DNA of 63,895 bases, counting the filler, from Folioceros fuciformis (taxonomy: Eukaryota), in NCBI GenBank assembly GCA_049999805.1. It is 20 parts of 20 records of this genome, joined end to end, with 100 filler letters (N's around TTAATTAATTAA, not from the genome) between each part and the next. Parts side by side here need not be neighbours in the genome. Positions count along the whole stretch, not along the records: positions 14,008 to 27,257 come from JBNGIO010002407.1; positions 27,358 to 29,678 come from JBNGIO010002408.1; positions 29,779 to 43,226 come from JBNGIO010002409.1; 17 more parts are not named here. One strand, written 5' to 3'. Within the stretch, counting starts at the first letter, position 1, and the number at the start of each line of letters is the position of its first letter. The position numbers and the translations under genes are program-made. Under the pieces are notes generated by a model, which saw nothing but the letters and a program-made list of their open reading frames with translations, made no database searches and was not told where the DNA came from. Below are positions 26,221 to 38,776 of the stretch, one piece after another.

Positions 26221-26511
26221 TGTTCTCTCCCTCGTGGGCAAACACCTCGCACTGCGGGATGATACCGCCCTCAACTTGGCTTGGGCTCCTGCTCTGAATG
26301 TCTTTTTCTTTGCTACATTTTAAAGAAATATCTTTGTGGGTTGTTTTTGCCCAAACTGAAATATCACATTTAACCTTTGTATCCAAAAGGAGGAGTATGT
26401 CTCCATTTCTTAAGAGACCTTATTCATCGCTGTATTCTGCCTCTACAGCAACTCCACTTCCCTTCACCTTCTATTGGTTTTTCACCCTAATAAGAGAGGG
26501 CCGTTCCCTTT

Positions 26512-26643
26512 TGCACTAATATCTCTTGGTGAGATTGAGAGCATTGCAATCAAAGAGAAAGATAGTTGGGCTTGACTTGCACTAATATCTCTTGGTGAGA
26601 TTGAGAGCACTGCAATAAAAGAGAAAGATAGTTGGGCTTGGCT
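26512..26643. repeat. Tandem duplication, 2 x 66 bp
   Basis: TGCACTAATATCTCTTGGTGAGATTGAGAGCA... at 26512 and 26578. Confidence 0.95.
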
Positions 26644-27508
26644 ATTCTTTCTTGTGCGCATTATAGCTACCACTCATATAGCTAGAAAATTGCCTAAGGC
26701 CACAAGGGTGTTAAATGCCTCGTTGGAGCACCCTTTCTTCGCATCACAACTATTGCTAGCCTCTGCCTAAAAGTTGGCTAAGTCCCCAAGGTGAAGCTAC
26801 TAGTTATCTAATTATCTTGCTACTACTCCTTTGTCTACTGGTTGGCAAAATGGCTTATTATCTCCATGCCCAACTAATGGATCAAACCCTAAACCCTAAG
26901 AGGATTTCAAATGATTTAAATTATAGTGAAACATTCCGTTTTGCCAAGCAATATATGCACATTCCTTTATATTGACCACTTACTCATAGTAAGATGTACA
27001 TATATCACTTCTTGACTTTATACCTATCCTTCTTACAAAAAGTACTTAAAATACAAAACGTACAACCTTTATATGTCTTGTAAAAAGATATATGAGTTAA
27101 TATGTAAATAATTTGAATTTTTATTTTAAAATTTGAGTTGATAGATAAAATATTCTATTAAGTCTATCTTGAAACTCTTGTTTATGTACGATTTATGTGT
27201 GTGCTATAATTTGATGCTTGGCACCATCTTTGTTCATAGAGGGATCCACGGATGGATNNNNNNNNNNNNNNNNNNNNNNNNNNNNNNNNNNNNNNNNNNN
27301 NTTAATTAATTAANNNNNNNNNNNNNNNNNNNNNNNNNNNNNNNNNNNNNNNNNNNNGCTCTGTCGTCCCACCTACCGCTGTTTCCAGCGCTTTTTCCTC
27401 CTTTTTATGCCTTACCCTGTCACCCTGCTTCCGTCCCGGCCGTCCGGTACCCGCCAAGGGAACACCCTCCACACAACCCACCGGGCCCTAACTATCAAAC
27501 CAAATTCA

Positions 27509-27541
<33 letters not shown>
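27509..27541. repeat. (AAT)n microsatellite
   Basis: About 11 consecutive AAT units. Confidence 0.95.
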
Positions 27542-27542
<1 letters not shown>

Positions 27543-28866
27543 TTTTTAAGACAAATATATACTCTATTTAATCAAATGGACAAAAAGAAACCTATCTACC
27601 CAAAACTAGGAACAAACTAAACCCTAAACCCCCACAAGGACCAAGACTTCTATCTATCCGCAGACTAAGACTTTCTTGATCGTGGTATTTATTTTCATTA
27701 GATTGGTGCAACTAATTATGTATTTTGTAGGATAAATAGTACAACCAAACATATACATAGTAAGGGAAGCTATTCAATTTAATACAACTTCTTAGTTTCT
27801 TTTTGAAAATGAAGATAGATTCAAATAGGATTCGTTAGAACCATAACATGAAATACATGAAGAGCTTAGGGTTTAGGGTTTAGGGTTTATAAGAGCTTGT
27901 TGGGTTCATAAATTTGTGATTATGTAAACGAATGTAAAGTGGTGTGTTTGTTTTGTTAACTTGCAGATTAGATAATGCTATTCAGATTAGTTTGACTTTA
28001 TTGATATAATTCAATAGCATTTAGCTTTCTTATGTACAATAGATTTATTTCAAAATGATTGTCACAGCGTTAGTTATGAAGTTTTCAGCAAATTTTCTCC
28101 ATGTTTGTTACAATTAATGCTAACTCTTTCTACACATTGTAAAGTGCTATTCAATTTGTATATTTTTATTCTAATTATATACACAAATCAATGTACACTC
28201 CAGGGATATGAATTGTTGAAAATACTAAGCCTAATAAGTATTGCATATTGCAAGAACTATTACTTACGAGCAAATCCTGTGGAAGATTGAAGTAGAATGA
28301 CTATAGAGGAGTTAAAGTAGAATGCCTGTGGAGGAGGAGTTGAATAAAGAGATGACAAGGGGAAAAAAAAACGTAGATAACAAAAAAACACATAAAGGAA
28401 AAAAAATGCCTCATACCAAAGAAACGAATTGTTGTAAAAGAACTCAACTACCAATTCTCACATCGTTATGTTTAATCAATTGTCTTCATTTGCCCTAAAT
28501 CCTAAATATTGATTATTTCCACAGACAAGTAAGCAAACAGAAAGTTAGCTTTAATAATAATGATGAATGCTTTGCCGCTAGAACTACACTTACTCACTTC
28601 TTGCTATGCCTATAAATATGTTTTTCAATTGATCCATTGAATTGATGCAAATATTTCTTTTTTGTAGTATCATAAAAGGTATGTAGAAATAATCTTGTGC
28701 AATACCCTATGTTTTGAAGCTTGAATTTATCTTTGTCAAGGTTTGTAATAACCTTATTTTGCTAGGTATAACCATAGATAACTTATTACTAAACATGCGC
28801 TATGAACAAAATATATTCACATAAACTTAAGGCATAAGCGAATCAATCTTAACATTTTTGAATCTC

Positions 28867-29049
28867 AGTTTATATTTTGTTAACAATGAAATATCATTCT
28901 CACATATATATGTTTTTTTTTTCAGAAGGATATGGCTTGGAAGGATTGAAGAATTTAGTTTATATTTTGTTAACAATGGAATATCATTCTCATATATGTA
29001 TATATATATTTTTCCATAAGGATGTGGCTTAGAAGGATTGAAGAATTTA
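28867..29049. repeat. Tandem duplication, 2 x ~90 bp
   Basis: AGTTTATATTTTGTTAACAATG...GAAGGATTGAAGAATTTA at 28867 and 28957. Confidence 0.85.
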
Positions 29050-29778
29050 TTGTTTCGCGTTATGATCATAACACTAGAACGATAACATATTTTGTATACA
29101 AGCATTATACAATGCAATAATTAAGAGTAATTTAAGAAGTAATTTATACAAAGATTACTATATTATAGGGTTTATGATTTATATGGTATACATTATGAAA
29201 GGTAATAAATAATTAATTAAATTATTATATACTTTATAATACTAATTTTATAAATAATTATAATACTTAATTTATATTAATTAACTCATGTGAAGATGTT
29301 ATTGAAAGGAAGAACCTTACAAAGAATAGCAAGCTAAGTTGCCAAGGTACTAGTTACTAAGATTATCTACATCTCTACAATATTTTGATATAATATAAAT
29401 AATATGATCAGATTAATTTAATATTATTTATATTATTGTGCTCATACGATTAAAAAAATTAACAACGGGTTGATGAGACCATTTAATGTTTTTAACTTAG
29501 TACAAGGAATTTTGAAGACCATGGTACTAGCCAGCTAGCCACAGCCCGGGAAAACATAAGACGGGACGGAACGGAACGGAAGGGTGCTATGATCCAGCGG
29601 GACACAGTAGAGTGGGGCTAAACACGGCTCGTTGTACAGGGGCAGCATGATTTCACCAACCAGGTGAAGACAAACACGNNNNNNNNNNNNNNNNNNNNNN
29701 NNNNNNNNNNNNNNNNNNNNNNTTAATTAATTAANNNNNNNNNNNNNNNNNNNNNNNNNNNNNNNNNNNNNNNNNNNN

Positions 29779-30897
29779 TGAGCATCTTGTGCACGCAATT
29801 CCGCATCCAAAGTGCTATGCCTCCAACAATTGCGTATAGTATGAGGACTCACAGATGAAATCTAAGCTTTTACCAGCATAACCACTGCTTGATATACATC
29901 GATAGTTGTAGCCGCATTGTCTATGATCTGGTTGCATTGGTACGAAATCATCAACTTACAATATTGAGCCTTGAAAGAACAGATGATCCCTTGGTCCAAA
30001 GGTTGATATATGCTTGTCACATTGGGTGGAAAGAAAACCACCTTTGTAACTTGTAATTGAGCTGCATTACCAAATCAATGCCCAGGACAGTTATCCACTA
30101 TAAGTAACACTCTAGTCCGCCCTGATGCAACCATCCTTTGGTCAAAATCTAGCAAAAACTTCCCAAACAGCTCTATTGTCATCCATGCTTTTTGGTTTAC
30201 ATACCATATAATATTCAAATTCTCGGGATCCATCAACATTTGTTGTCAGTCCAATTGTCAACCGATCCTTAAACTGCTTCCGTCCTGCAATACGCATTGT
30301 TGTAGGTGTCCTGTTCGGCGATGCTCTGAAGAAAAGACCAGTCTCATCCATATTAAAAACATTTGCAGCTCCATAATCAAGAACTTGAAGTTGCAGCTCT
30401 CTAATATCTGCCTTCACTGCTTCTGTATTGTCAACACTCCCTGCCTCTCTATGTCTAACAACTAATTTAAAATTTTACCTTTCCTTCTAGTGAGCAACCC
30501 AAACTCTATGGTATGTCATTTTTGGTCTCTCATCTTTAGGAATCTTCTCGTAGAATTTGGAAGCCATCTCATGAAGCAAGTCATCTGAAATTGTGGCACC
30601 TTGAGCTTGGATTGCAAGAGCCTAAACGTGTACTGTGTGGTCAACCTGTGGGCATTCAACTGGTCTATTCCTCATTCGTGCCATATTAGTTGTTGGACCA
30701 ATGGCAGGGTCCAACCATTTGTCTTAATTTTTCACAATCCTAGACAATGCACTTTTATAAGCTGCTATTGAAAACTTCTCTGTTGTCCGTCTAGTCAACT
30801 TCTTAAGTGTGCAAGATTGTTGGACATAATATTCGCAAACCTCTTTCTTTTGTTGCTTCGTTAGGGTAGCATGCTTGCGCGGCGGCTTGGACTGCAT
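29779..30897 (-). pseudogene. pogo/CENP-B-like DDE_1 transposase, disrupted
   Basis: MQSKPPRKHATLTKQQKKEVC (HTH-like), GATISDDLL, RHREAGSVD, VFNMDETGLFF, KDRLTIGLTTNVDGS, LLIVDNCPGH, FFPPNVTSIYQPLDQGIICSFKAQY. Confidence 0.92.
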
Positions 30898-31393
30898 TAT
30901 TCCTACACATCAAAGAATGGGTAAGGAACACATACAAAATATCTCACAGCAAGACAACAACTTACAACACCATAACATAACTTACAACACCATAACACAA
31001 CTTACAACATCATAAGACAACTTGTACAATGAAACAACTTATGTACTAGGAACAATGCTTTTGATCACAAAGCATAGTGTACAGAACTACTACATATATA
31101 GGCTCAATCTCGATCACTGTCTATGTTTTATGATATAATCTCGAAGGCCTTTAACTTGACATAATCTTAATAACTCATAATAAGATAATTTCTTCATTTT
31201 TTTTGTTTTTTTTCAATATGTATTTTCCCTTTTACAGAGGTGTACTTACATTGAATGTTTGGGAGACATGTTCCCATTTAAAAATTAGAGGGGTTTCCCA
31301 TTTAGCATGTAGCACATTCAAGGGAGTAAGCTCGGGCGTTCCATTTAAAGGGGGTTCCCATTTATAGGGGTCCCAATTAGAGGGGTCTGACTG
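29779..31393 (-). mobile_element. pogo/Tigger-like (Tc1/mariner superfamily) DNA transposon, 5' part
   Basis: Minus-strand terminus CAGTCAGACCCCTCTAATTGGGA at 31393 flanked by TA. Subterminal TCCCATTTA-like repeats at 31270-31385. Contains a transposase pseudogene. Runs into a gap. Confidence 0.85.
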
Positions 31394-31880
31394 TATATGG
31401 AGGCGACCGCAATCTCTTCCAAATACACACCAAGACACAAGGTTGATAGCAATCCCTGGAGCGTGTTCTCTATGGATTGTGCACGCTTACAAAAACGTTT
31501 GTGTAGGTCTGTCATTAAACACCTCTTTCAAATCATCTGCCAAAAAATTGCTTTTGTCTATGCATGGCTCTTAAAAACAATGGCATGCTACAAACTATTA
31601 AGCGCAAAGTTGCTAGGGCATAGGGAGGTCATCATACAATTACTACTCTTGCACAACCTTTGTTAATTGTTCCATCTCCTGGAAAACAATGTAAAGAGCA
31701 CGTTATGTTGGGGAATATCTTTGCTTCCATATTTTACATTTCTCACTTTCATGTTGTTCCAAGTATCCTGCAATGATTCTAGTTTTACTCGTATTGTTTG
31801 CATAAATGTTACATGAAGAGAGTGCACATTTTATAGATTTGTGACATCCAATTCCTTCCTCTCCTCCAATTCTAGCTTAT

Positions 31881-34800
31881 TGTAAGTCCTAAATTCGGCA
31901 AGGTAGTAACGACGAAGGAGGTTGTCAGAGGGGAAGGATGGCAAGTATAGTATCTAAACGGCGTGAGCTTACATACTTTCGACGGAGGATTGGAGAAAGA
32001 AGTAAATGGGGGGAGGTTGGGAGGCAGCGAATATGGACACGGTATGAAGAGACAAGAGGAGGCAAACTGGGGAAGATGACACAATTCGGGAGTAGGACCG
32101 ACGCCTGCTCCGAGTCCTGCCGTGCAACAACTATCAAAGAGGAGAGGGAAGGTGGAGGGGGAAGGTAGCCCTGATACAAGCCGCTGACGAAGCTCCTAGA
32201 ACTTAATGCGCTAAAGACTTACTGTTGATGGTCTGCCGAACTGGTCGTTGTACCTAAAGGCTACTGTGTGCATTCCCCGAACGTCATGGTCCTTCTTTGT
32301 TCCTAGGGTGGAGTGTCCTTGTCTAGACGTACTCCGTCAAAACGCGAACGAGGTGTCCTAAGTGGGGCAAAGGAAGTCCAGAGCAGCAGACTGTCTGTGG
32401 ACTACGAGGAGATAGGAAAGGAAAAGAAAGGGTAGAGCGCAGCAGACAGGAAGAGATGAGGACTCTAAGGCCCTTGTAAGATTAGAAGGTCAAGCATTTA
32501 TACAAAACTGGGCTTCAAGTCCGGACAATAGCCATAAATACAACAAAAGATCCTAAGTCCTATTCTAAGTGCCTAGCAGTCTGGTTCTGCTAGGCACTAA
32601 GGGGCCAGCTAACGGTTGTCACCTTGACTTAATGAGAAGGCGGCGGTGTCGGCTGAGTGGTGCAAGGGGAGGACGGCGCCGGAGGGGATCCAGTGGGCGA
32701 GGCGGGTTTGTAAGGAGATTCTGCTCTGACGATTGCGATAGGCAGATCAGCGGAGCCAGCATGAGGGGACCGGACCAATAACTGGAGGTCCGGGGAAGCG
32801 GGTTCAGCTTCCTGGGTCTGGTTTTCTCCCGGGGCTTCATTGAGCTACTTCTCCAAAGCGGCAGTCCACTCCGCAGCTTGAGTTCTTAGCCCTTCTAGCT
32901 CCTGCTGGCACTTGTCCTGTTCCTCCTGGTATTTACTGGACTCCTCCTGAAGCTCAGAGGTATGTCCAACTGGTCGTTCTTTGAGGGCAAACGACTGAGT
33001 TGCCAACTTAGTCATCTTTCTCCTCCGGGCAACGTTTTTGCTCTCTCTGGCTCCTACTTGTCCGAAGGCCTAGGCTAGCCCCTTCGCCACACTTGTGACA
33101 ATGCCTTGGGTTGCTTGGGTGGCTCCTTCCGCCGTGGGTTCGGTGTAGAACCAGTAGTTGGGAGGCAATTGTGCTCTCCCAAAGGACGTCTAAATAGCCC
33201 TTCTCATGGCTTTTGGGTCCGTAATACCTCTGTTAATGAGGTCTTCAAGGACTATGGACCATGGCAATGCCTTGCAATGGTCGACCTCCTCCTAAACAAG
33301 GTTGGGAGCCGATATGAGGGTCGGAGTTGGGATCACTATGGTGGGTGGCGGGCTAGGAGAGGGGTTCTTCCTTCCATGGGGTGAGGGTGGTCATTTGACT
33401 CTGGACGGCCCAATCTCGTGCCGTTCGTTGTAGTCCGATTGCGCCACCAGCTGGACTAGTTCCATACGATCTACCTCTTCCCTAGTCCTGGGTGCTCTCC
33501 TTGTTCCTGATACTGGAGCCAAGAAGTCCTACGGTTGTGAACTGGTGGGTGGCGGGGCACTTCGCAGCAGGAGCCGTTTTCTCATCGTAGTCATGGCTCT
33601 GATATTTCGCCACTTGGGCGAAGGTGCCTAGGCCGGTGGCGCTCCTGCTTTCTCCTTCGGAGGCGGGCTAGTCAGGGGGTTGGGGGCACAGACCATGGGC
33701 GACGGCTCTAGTGCTACTCCAAGGCTATACTCCCAAGGGTCTGAAATCGATAGCCGTACTGGCATAGTAGGGAGAGCCTTGGGCTATGTGGCCAGCGCCA
33801 AATCTTCTTCCTGGGGGTCGATGGAGGAGCGACGGAGGAGGTGCCTAGGTGAACGACAACCAAGAACGCGATGCCTTCTCGAAATCCGTTAGGACTTTAT
33901 AGTGGTCCCAGATGTGAAAAAGGAAAGGGAAGAGGCATGAGGCATGTGGCTTCTCATGCCTGAGTTTCCTAACATCGTACCAGATTTGATGTGCCATTAC
34001 CTTTCCCTAATCCACTAAGGTCCCTTGTGACAACCCGTAAAGGAGTAACAAAACTCCATCTGCTACATGGTTGGTTTTCGTCACCGGAAGCCAGGTGACA
34101 ATTTAGTGGGCCACACCCCTGATCCTCAAGTCCGGGATGTCATGAATCAACCACCCGTTGGTGACCTTGGTGGAATCCTCGGTTAAGAGCGCGGCTACCA
34201 CCTCCTAAACCAACTCCTTATTGTGCTGGGAGTTGAGTTAGGGTCAGTGGCGTTCTTCTGCCGAACGCTGATATACTTCTCGCATCATTTGGACAATCCA
34301 CAACATGGGGTTGTCCCTAATCTTGAAGGATGTGGGCTTGCCTAAAGCGCACTACAGCATGGTCCGGGCAAGTTCTCGGACAATCGCCGTCGAGTTGATA
34401 ACCCAGGGGAACTGGAAAATCCCTAACTCCCGCCACTACTATCCAAGGCGCAAAATTGGGATATGAGCCCGTCTGGATTTGCTCAACATTGAGTCTCCAA
34501 GTGTTGCCGACTTCAAGGAACTGTCATGATGCCATGGCAAAGGAGTCTTGCGGGCTGAAAACGGGAGGTAGGTAGTAGAGGGCGACAACGCACCAGGTTC
34601 CTCGAGGGGGAAGAAGGAATACCAAGGACAGGAAGGAAGCTAGAAGGTCGTAAGGCACTGGCAGACGAAGTGGAGCAGTAGGAGAACGGAGTAGAAGAAG
34701 AAAGTCGGAATGAGTCTTAGTAGAGATGGCAAGAGGGAGAGGGAGTGGAGTGGAGTGTATCGGCTGGTGTATGCTAGCATAAAGTCTTATGCTCGGCGGC

Positions 34801-35061
34801 TCAAGTACATCAGCAACCGTCCGAGATGGTTACGCCTCGCCTTCTACATGATGTCAAGTACTAGATCTTGTACGGATCGTCATGTATTGGCAATCCGTTC
34901 GTCCAATGACCATTTGGAGGTCTGGCATGCCTTCTACTTCGAAGAACTTGGGGTTGCCAAAGGTAACCGTTTGTTAAAACAAACAAATTTTCCACTTACT
35001 CCGGAAGCAAGTCCGATGGGTCACCGAAGTACTATTTCGACGATTATTTTTGGACCTCACA
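31881..35061 (-). mobile_element. 3181-bp TG..CA element with 5-bp TSD CTTAT; probable solo LTR (family E) containing an ORF
   Basis: CTTAT at 31876-31880 and 35062-35066. Termini TGTAAGTCC / GGACCTCACA. No internal LTR pair, PBS or gag-pol seen. The element is GC-richer than its AT-rich flanks. Orientation is inferred from the ORF and TATA. Confidence 0.85.
32570..34535 (-). pseudogene. Decayed accessory ORF inside element E, homologous to 4830-7270 and 47062-48157
   Basis: Hand translation: YPNFAPW..ELGIF..IRDNPMLWIVQMMREVY..NGWLIHDIPDLRIRGVAH*..KTNHVADGVLLLL..VD*GKVM..SCLFPFLFHI, then Pro/Ser-rich and coiled-coil segments. The 3' end is approximate. Confidence 0.75.
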
Positions 35062-35293
35062 CTTATAACACTTGAATAGAAATCCCCACTTATGGAGTGA
35101 GTACTACAAATGCTTTATTTGATGTTTTTCCACATACATACTACCATTTGTCAATTTGGGATTTCTTCTTTTATGCTCATCATTCAAACACACCCACTTG
35201 ATTCTTCACAAAATGATAGCCTACTATGTTTTGCATAGAAGTCTCTTAGACCAAGCTACTACCTTATTCATGTGGTTAACATGTGCTGCTACC

Positions 35294-35446
35294 TTATTCA
35301 TGTGGCTTTGCTGCCTCGCTATTCCCATGGCTCACTCATATCCTATTCATGTGGCTTTGCTGCCTTGCTATTCCCATGGCTCACTCATTATCTATTCATA
35401 TGGCTTTGCTGACTCCCTATTCCCATGGTTCACTCCTGACCTATTC
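35294..35446. repeat. Tandem repeat, 3 x 49 bp
   Basis: TATTCATGTGGCTTTGCTGCC..CTATTCCCATGGCTCACTC at 35295, 35344 and 35393. Confidence 0.9.
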
Positions 35447-37472
35447 TTGTTGCTGCCCTATGGTCATGTCTTCCTTTCTCATATTGTGTTTTGCGTAAAA
35501 TCTAAGTGTAGCTTGAAAGATTGTCCATTATCTAACCGCCTAGACATTATGAGTCGGTCTCATTTGTTGTCCTCCAACACATACCAAGTCATATAGTAAT
35601 CATGCATCTTCCCCCAATGAGCACATTCATCCATGACAAATTTATGTTTGATCTACCTAAACTCTTTATGTTTGATCTACCTAAACTCTTGTGTCTTATG
35701 GCATTTACCATCCAATTTTCTTGTAAGCACTAAACTTGCATTGCCTTTGCTTTAGGATACATAGCATGTCCATCTAAGTTCTAGCATGTTCGAAATAGTT
35801 TTGGCCTCAACCAAGTTCTATAATTTCTAGTTTCATATTGCCCTCAACGAGATAAGATTTGCCATACTTAGAATTCCCATTGTCGCTACTATACCCTCCT
35901 TTGCATGGAACACAAGTTCAAACACACAAGCATTTGTCTTAGAAAAAGACTTTAGGCACAATATGGACACTTTATCTCCTTTTTATATACAAAGAGTGAA
36001 TCTATACATCAAAATATTTAGAATTTTATCTAGGTTTTTTTTACTAGGGATGCCTAGAAGGAGAATTTCTTCTACTATATGCTATCTAGTTCAAATTGCA
36101 TGGAGGCTATATGTATATATAGCAACTTAGATAGTCATGTTATCACGAAGTTTAAGTGGTCTTGCTTGTTACTTAAAAGTGAACATGATGAAAGTTCATT
36201 TCAACACATTCTTTCTCACCTGGATGTGGATACTAAGCAAGTTTGGCTACACACATTCACCAAAGAGGGGAAGGTGGGTTTACGAGGGGGTAGGCCATAG
36301 CCCTATGACCTTCTTCCTTGCCCTAAGGGACCTATGGGGGTTTTAGGAGAGGGATAGGGCACCGCCTCTATAGCCTTATTTCTTGCCATTTAGAGGCCTT
36401 TTTCAACCTTGTACAGTATCCATTTCTTGCCTTTTCTACACTCTATGGGCTGCACGAGGTCATGGAGTCTTTTCTTTTGTGCCTTTCCCAATATGCACTA
36501 GCCGCAAGGGAGGGCAAGCCTCCTTTTCTTATCATGTGATAGGGGTGAGAGAGAAGCACGAAGGCGTGCATGTCGACACCCCCTATGCCCCTTCCCCTTT
36601 CCCGTTGGTACACCTATTAACAAATAACAACCTATGTCCTCTACCATACCTATATATTTTGGACCCTATGGAAGGATGTGGCTATTGTAGGATGTGACTA
36701 TTGTAATTGTTATCTACCGGATACAAATATGGTTTTCTATTAGCATCAAAGGACCTAAGATCTTTTTGTAGCAATATATCTACTTGTCTTTCCGTTTTCA
36801 TCAAAGGAACACCTTCAAAAAAACTATTTGACATTCTTTTCCAATCACAAACATTTATTTCTAGCTTGTATTGGTAAGAGAGGCAGCGTCAGCAATTCCA
36901 GCGGTATGTAAACCCTTTCTTCTCCCATACTAGGATGTTTTAGGTGCTATTTGTAGTCATTAGGTTTAAGGGGGTTAACTCTAGTGTCATTAGGCTTTAG
37001 GGTTTAACTCATGGTCTATCTCTCTCTCTCTAGGGGTAGATAGGTTTTTTTATCTTGTTTTTCTAAAATAAATAAATAAAATTTATTGTGTTAAATACAA
37101 AAAACTTGGACATAGGTTTTCGAAGGGGGCTTTATACATGCAAGCCTTTCAAAGTTTGAGGTTATAATAACCTCAAATGCTCTCCTACCTATCCTCATTC
37201 CCTATGTTGGGTTTTTCCTCCCCCCACTCCCATATGCACATTTGCCTCCTCATTGTCTTTCTTATCCTTAGCCCCTCACTCTTGCTTTCCTAATCCTCAA
37301 CTTCTTACTTCTGCTCCTCCGCACCTTCTCCTTCATGGTCCATTCTCGTCCCTCACTATCTTCCTCGTCCTCATCCTCTTGCTTCTTCGCACCTTCTCCT
37401 TCAAAGACCATAATCTAGTCCTACTCCTCCACACCGTCTCCTTCGTAGTTCATATCCTAGTCCTTGTCGCAA

Positions 37473-37693
37473 TGAACATTTTGATGTCTAACATGAAACT
37501 CTAACCTAGGCCTAGTCCTCGTCGTGAGTGAATGTGTTGATGGCTAACATGAAATTCTACCGAGGTGTGTGAACATGTTGATGAGTAACATGAAACTCTA
37601 ACGAGGTGAGTGAACATGTTAATGGCTAACATGAAATTCTAACGAGGTGTTTGAACATGTTGATGGGTAACATGAAACTCTAACTAGGTGTGT
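37473..37693. repeat. Tandem repeat, ~5 x 41 bp
   Basis: TGAACATGTTGATGGNTAACATGAAA(C/T)TCTAACGAGGTG at 37529, 37570, 37611 and 37652, plus a related copy at 37473. Confidence 0.9.
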
Positions 37694-38776
37694 GCGAAAA
37701 ATTTCTTCACCATGTGTGCGTCAAGGATTCCAAGGTGTGCAGCGATTGCTAAAATAAGTATTTTCACCATTGGGGATAGAAAGATTACAAATATAGGTAT
37801 AGCCAAGTGTTCTAACTGACATGGACAAAAAGATTTTATGTCTAGTAAGATTTTTTCTATCTAATTTTTTTAATCTAATCTCTTGCTCACTTTTTATATG
37901 CAATAAAAGAGCATTTATACATGGAGGAGGGCGAGGTTTCTATGACACACGAAGGATATGCATATCCAAGATGTAACATACAACAGAAAAAGATGACCTA
38001 GATGACCTTAAGTGCGCGATGAGGTTCCATCACGTAGCTCTGCTCAGAGTTCCGATTACACAAGTGTTTGTTACCTGCTGGTAGGTCAGGTACCGACTCC
38101 TGCCCACGGACGTGCAGCTGCACATACCGTTACAAGACATAGTTATGTAGAAACTACAGTAAAGTGGAAAGCGAAGTGCCACAAGCCCCCCGTTTTTCCC
38201 CTTACAGAGGAAATACAAAAGGTGCAGGGCGAAGTATCCACCATGACTGGCACGATGTTTCAGTTTGTGCTGTTGCAATATCGTCCATTCCTGCTCTCAA
38301 ACAATATGTCCACTTACCTCTAATGGCACATTTAGGCTTATCGTCCACACCGTCTATACACATGGACACCATCAGCCAGGCCAAGTTTTCAGGGCTGGTG
38401 CTACTCCAGAATATGGTACTCGCGAAATCGCAAGCAATAAACTAGATACCAGCAATCTACAAGGGCGCTCTTACTGGCAACACATAACCAACCCAACCTA
38501 GCTCCGATCTGCCTCCTTTCCATACCCCAACTGCATAGTGGGTTGGAGGCCTTGCAGAGTGGGGCGACAAGGGTAGATGAACCACCACCACCAAGGGCCT
38601 GGGCTCGCCACGATGACAGACCTCACCTGGTTGTTCTACATCACCCAAGTGCAACCTCACCCCCCGCCCCCCACCAATGCTAATTGGCACCAGCTAGGGG
38701 AGCTGCTGCATATCCTTACCGCATGTGGAACACTGGCCATCTGTCTGCGACAGTGACATCGCACACTGCGTCCAGC

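Noticed and set aside
27866-27888. Chromosome end
   Set aside because: Only about three TTTAGGG units, internal to a contig.
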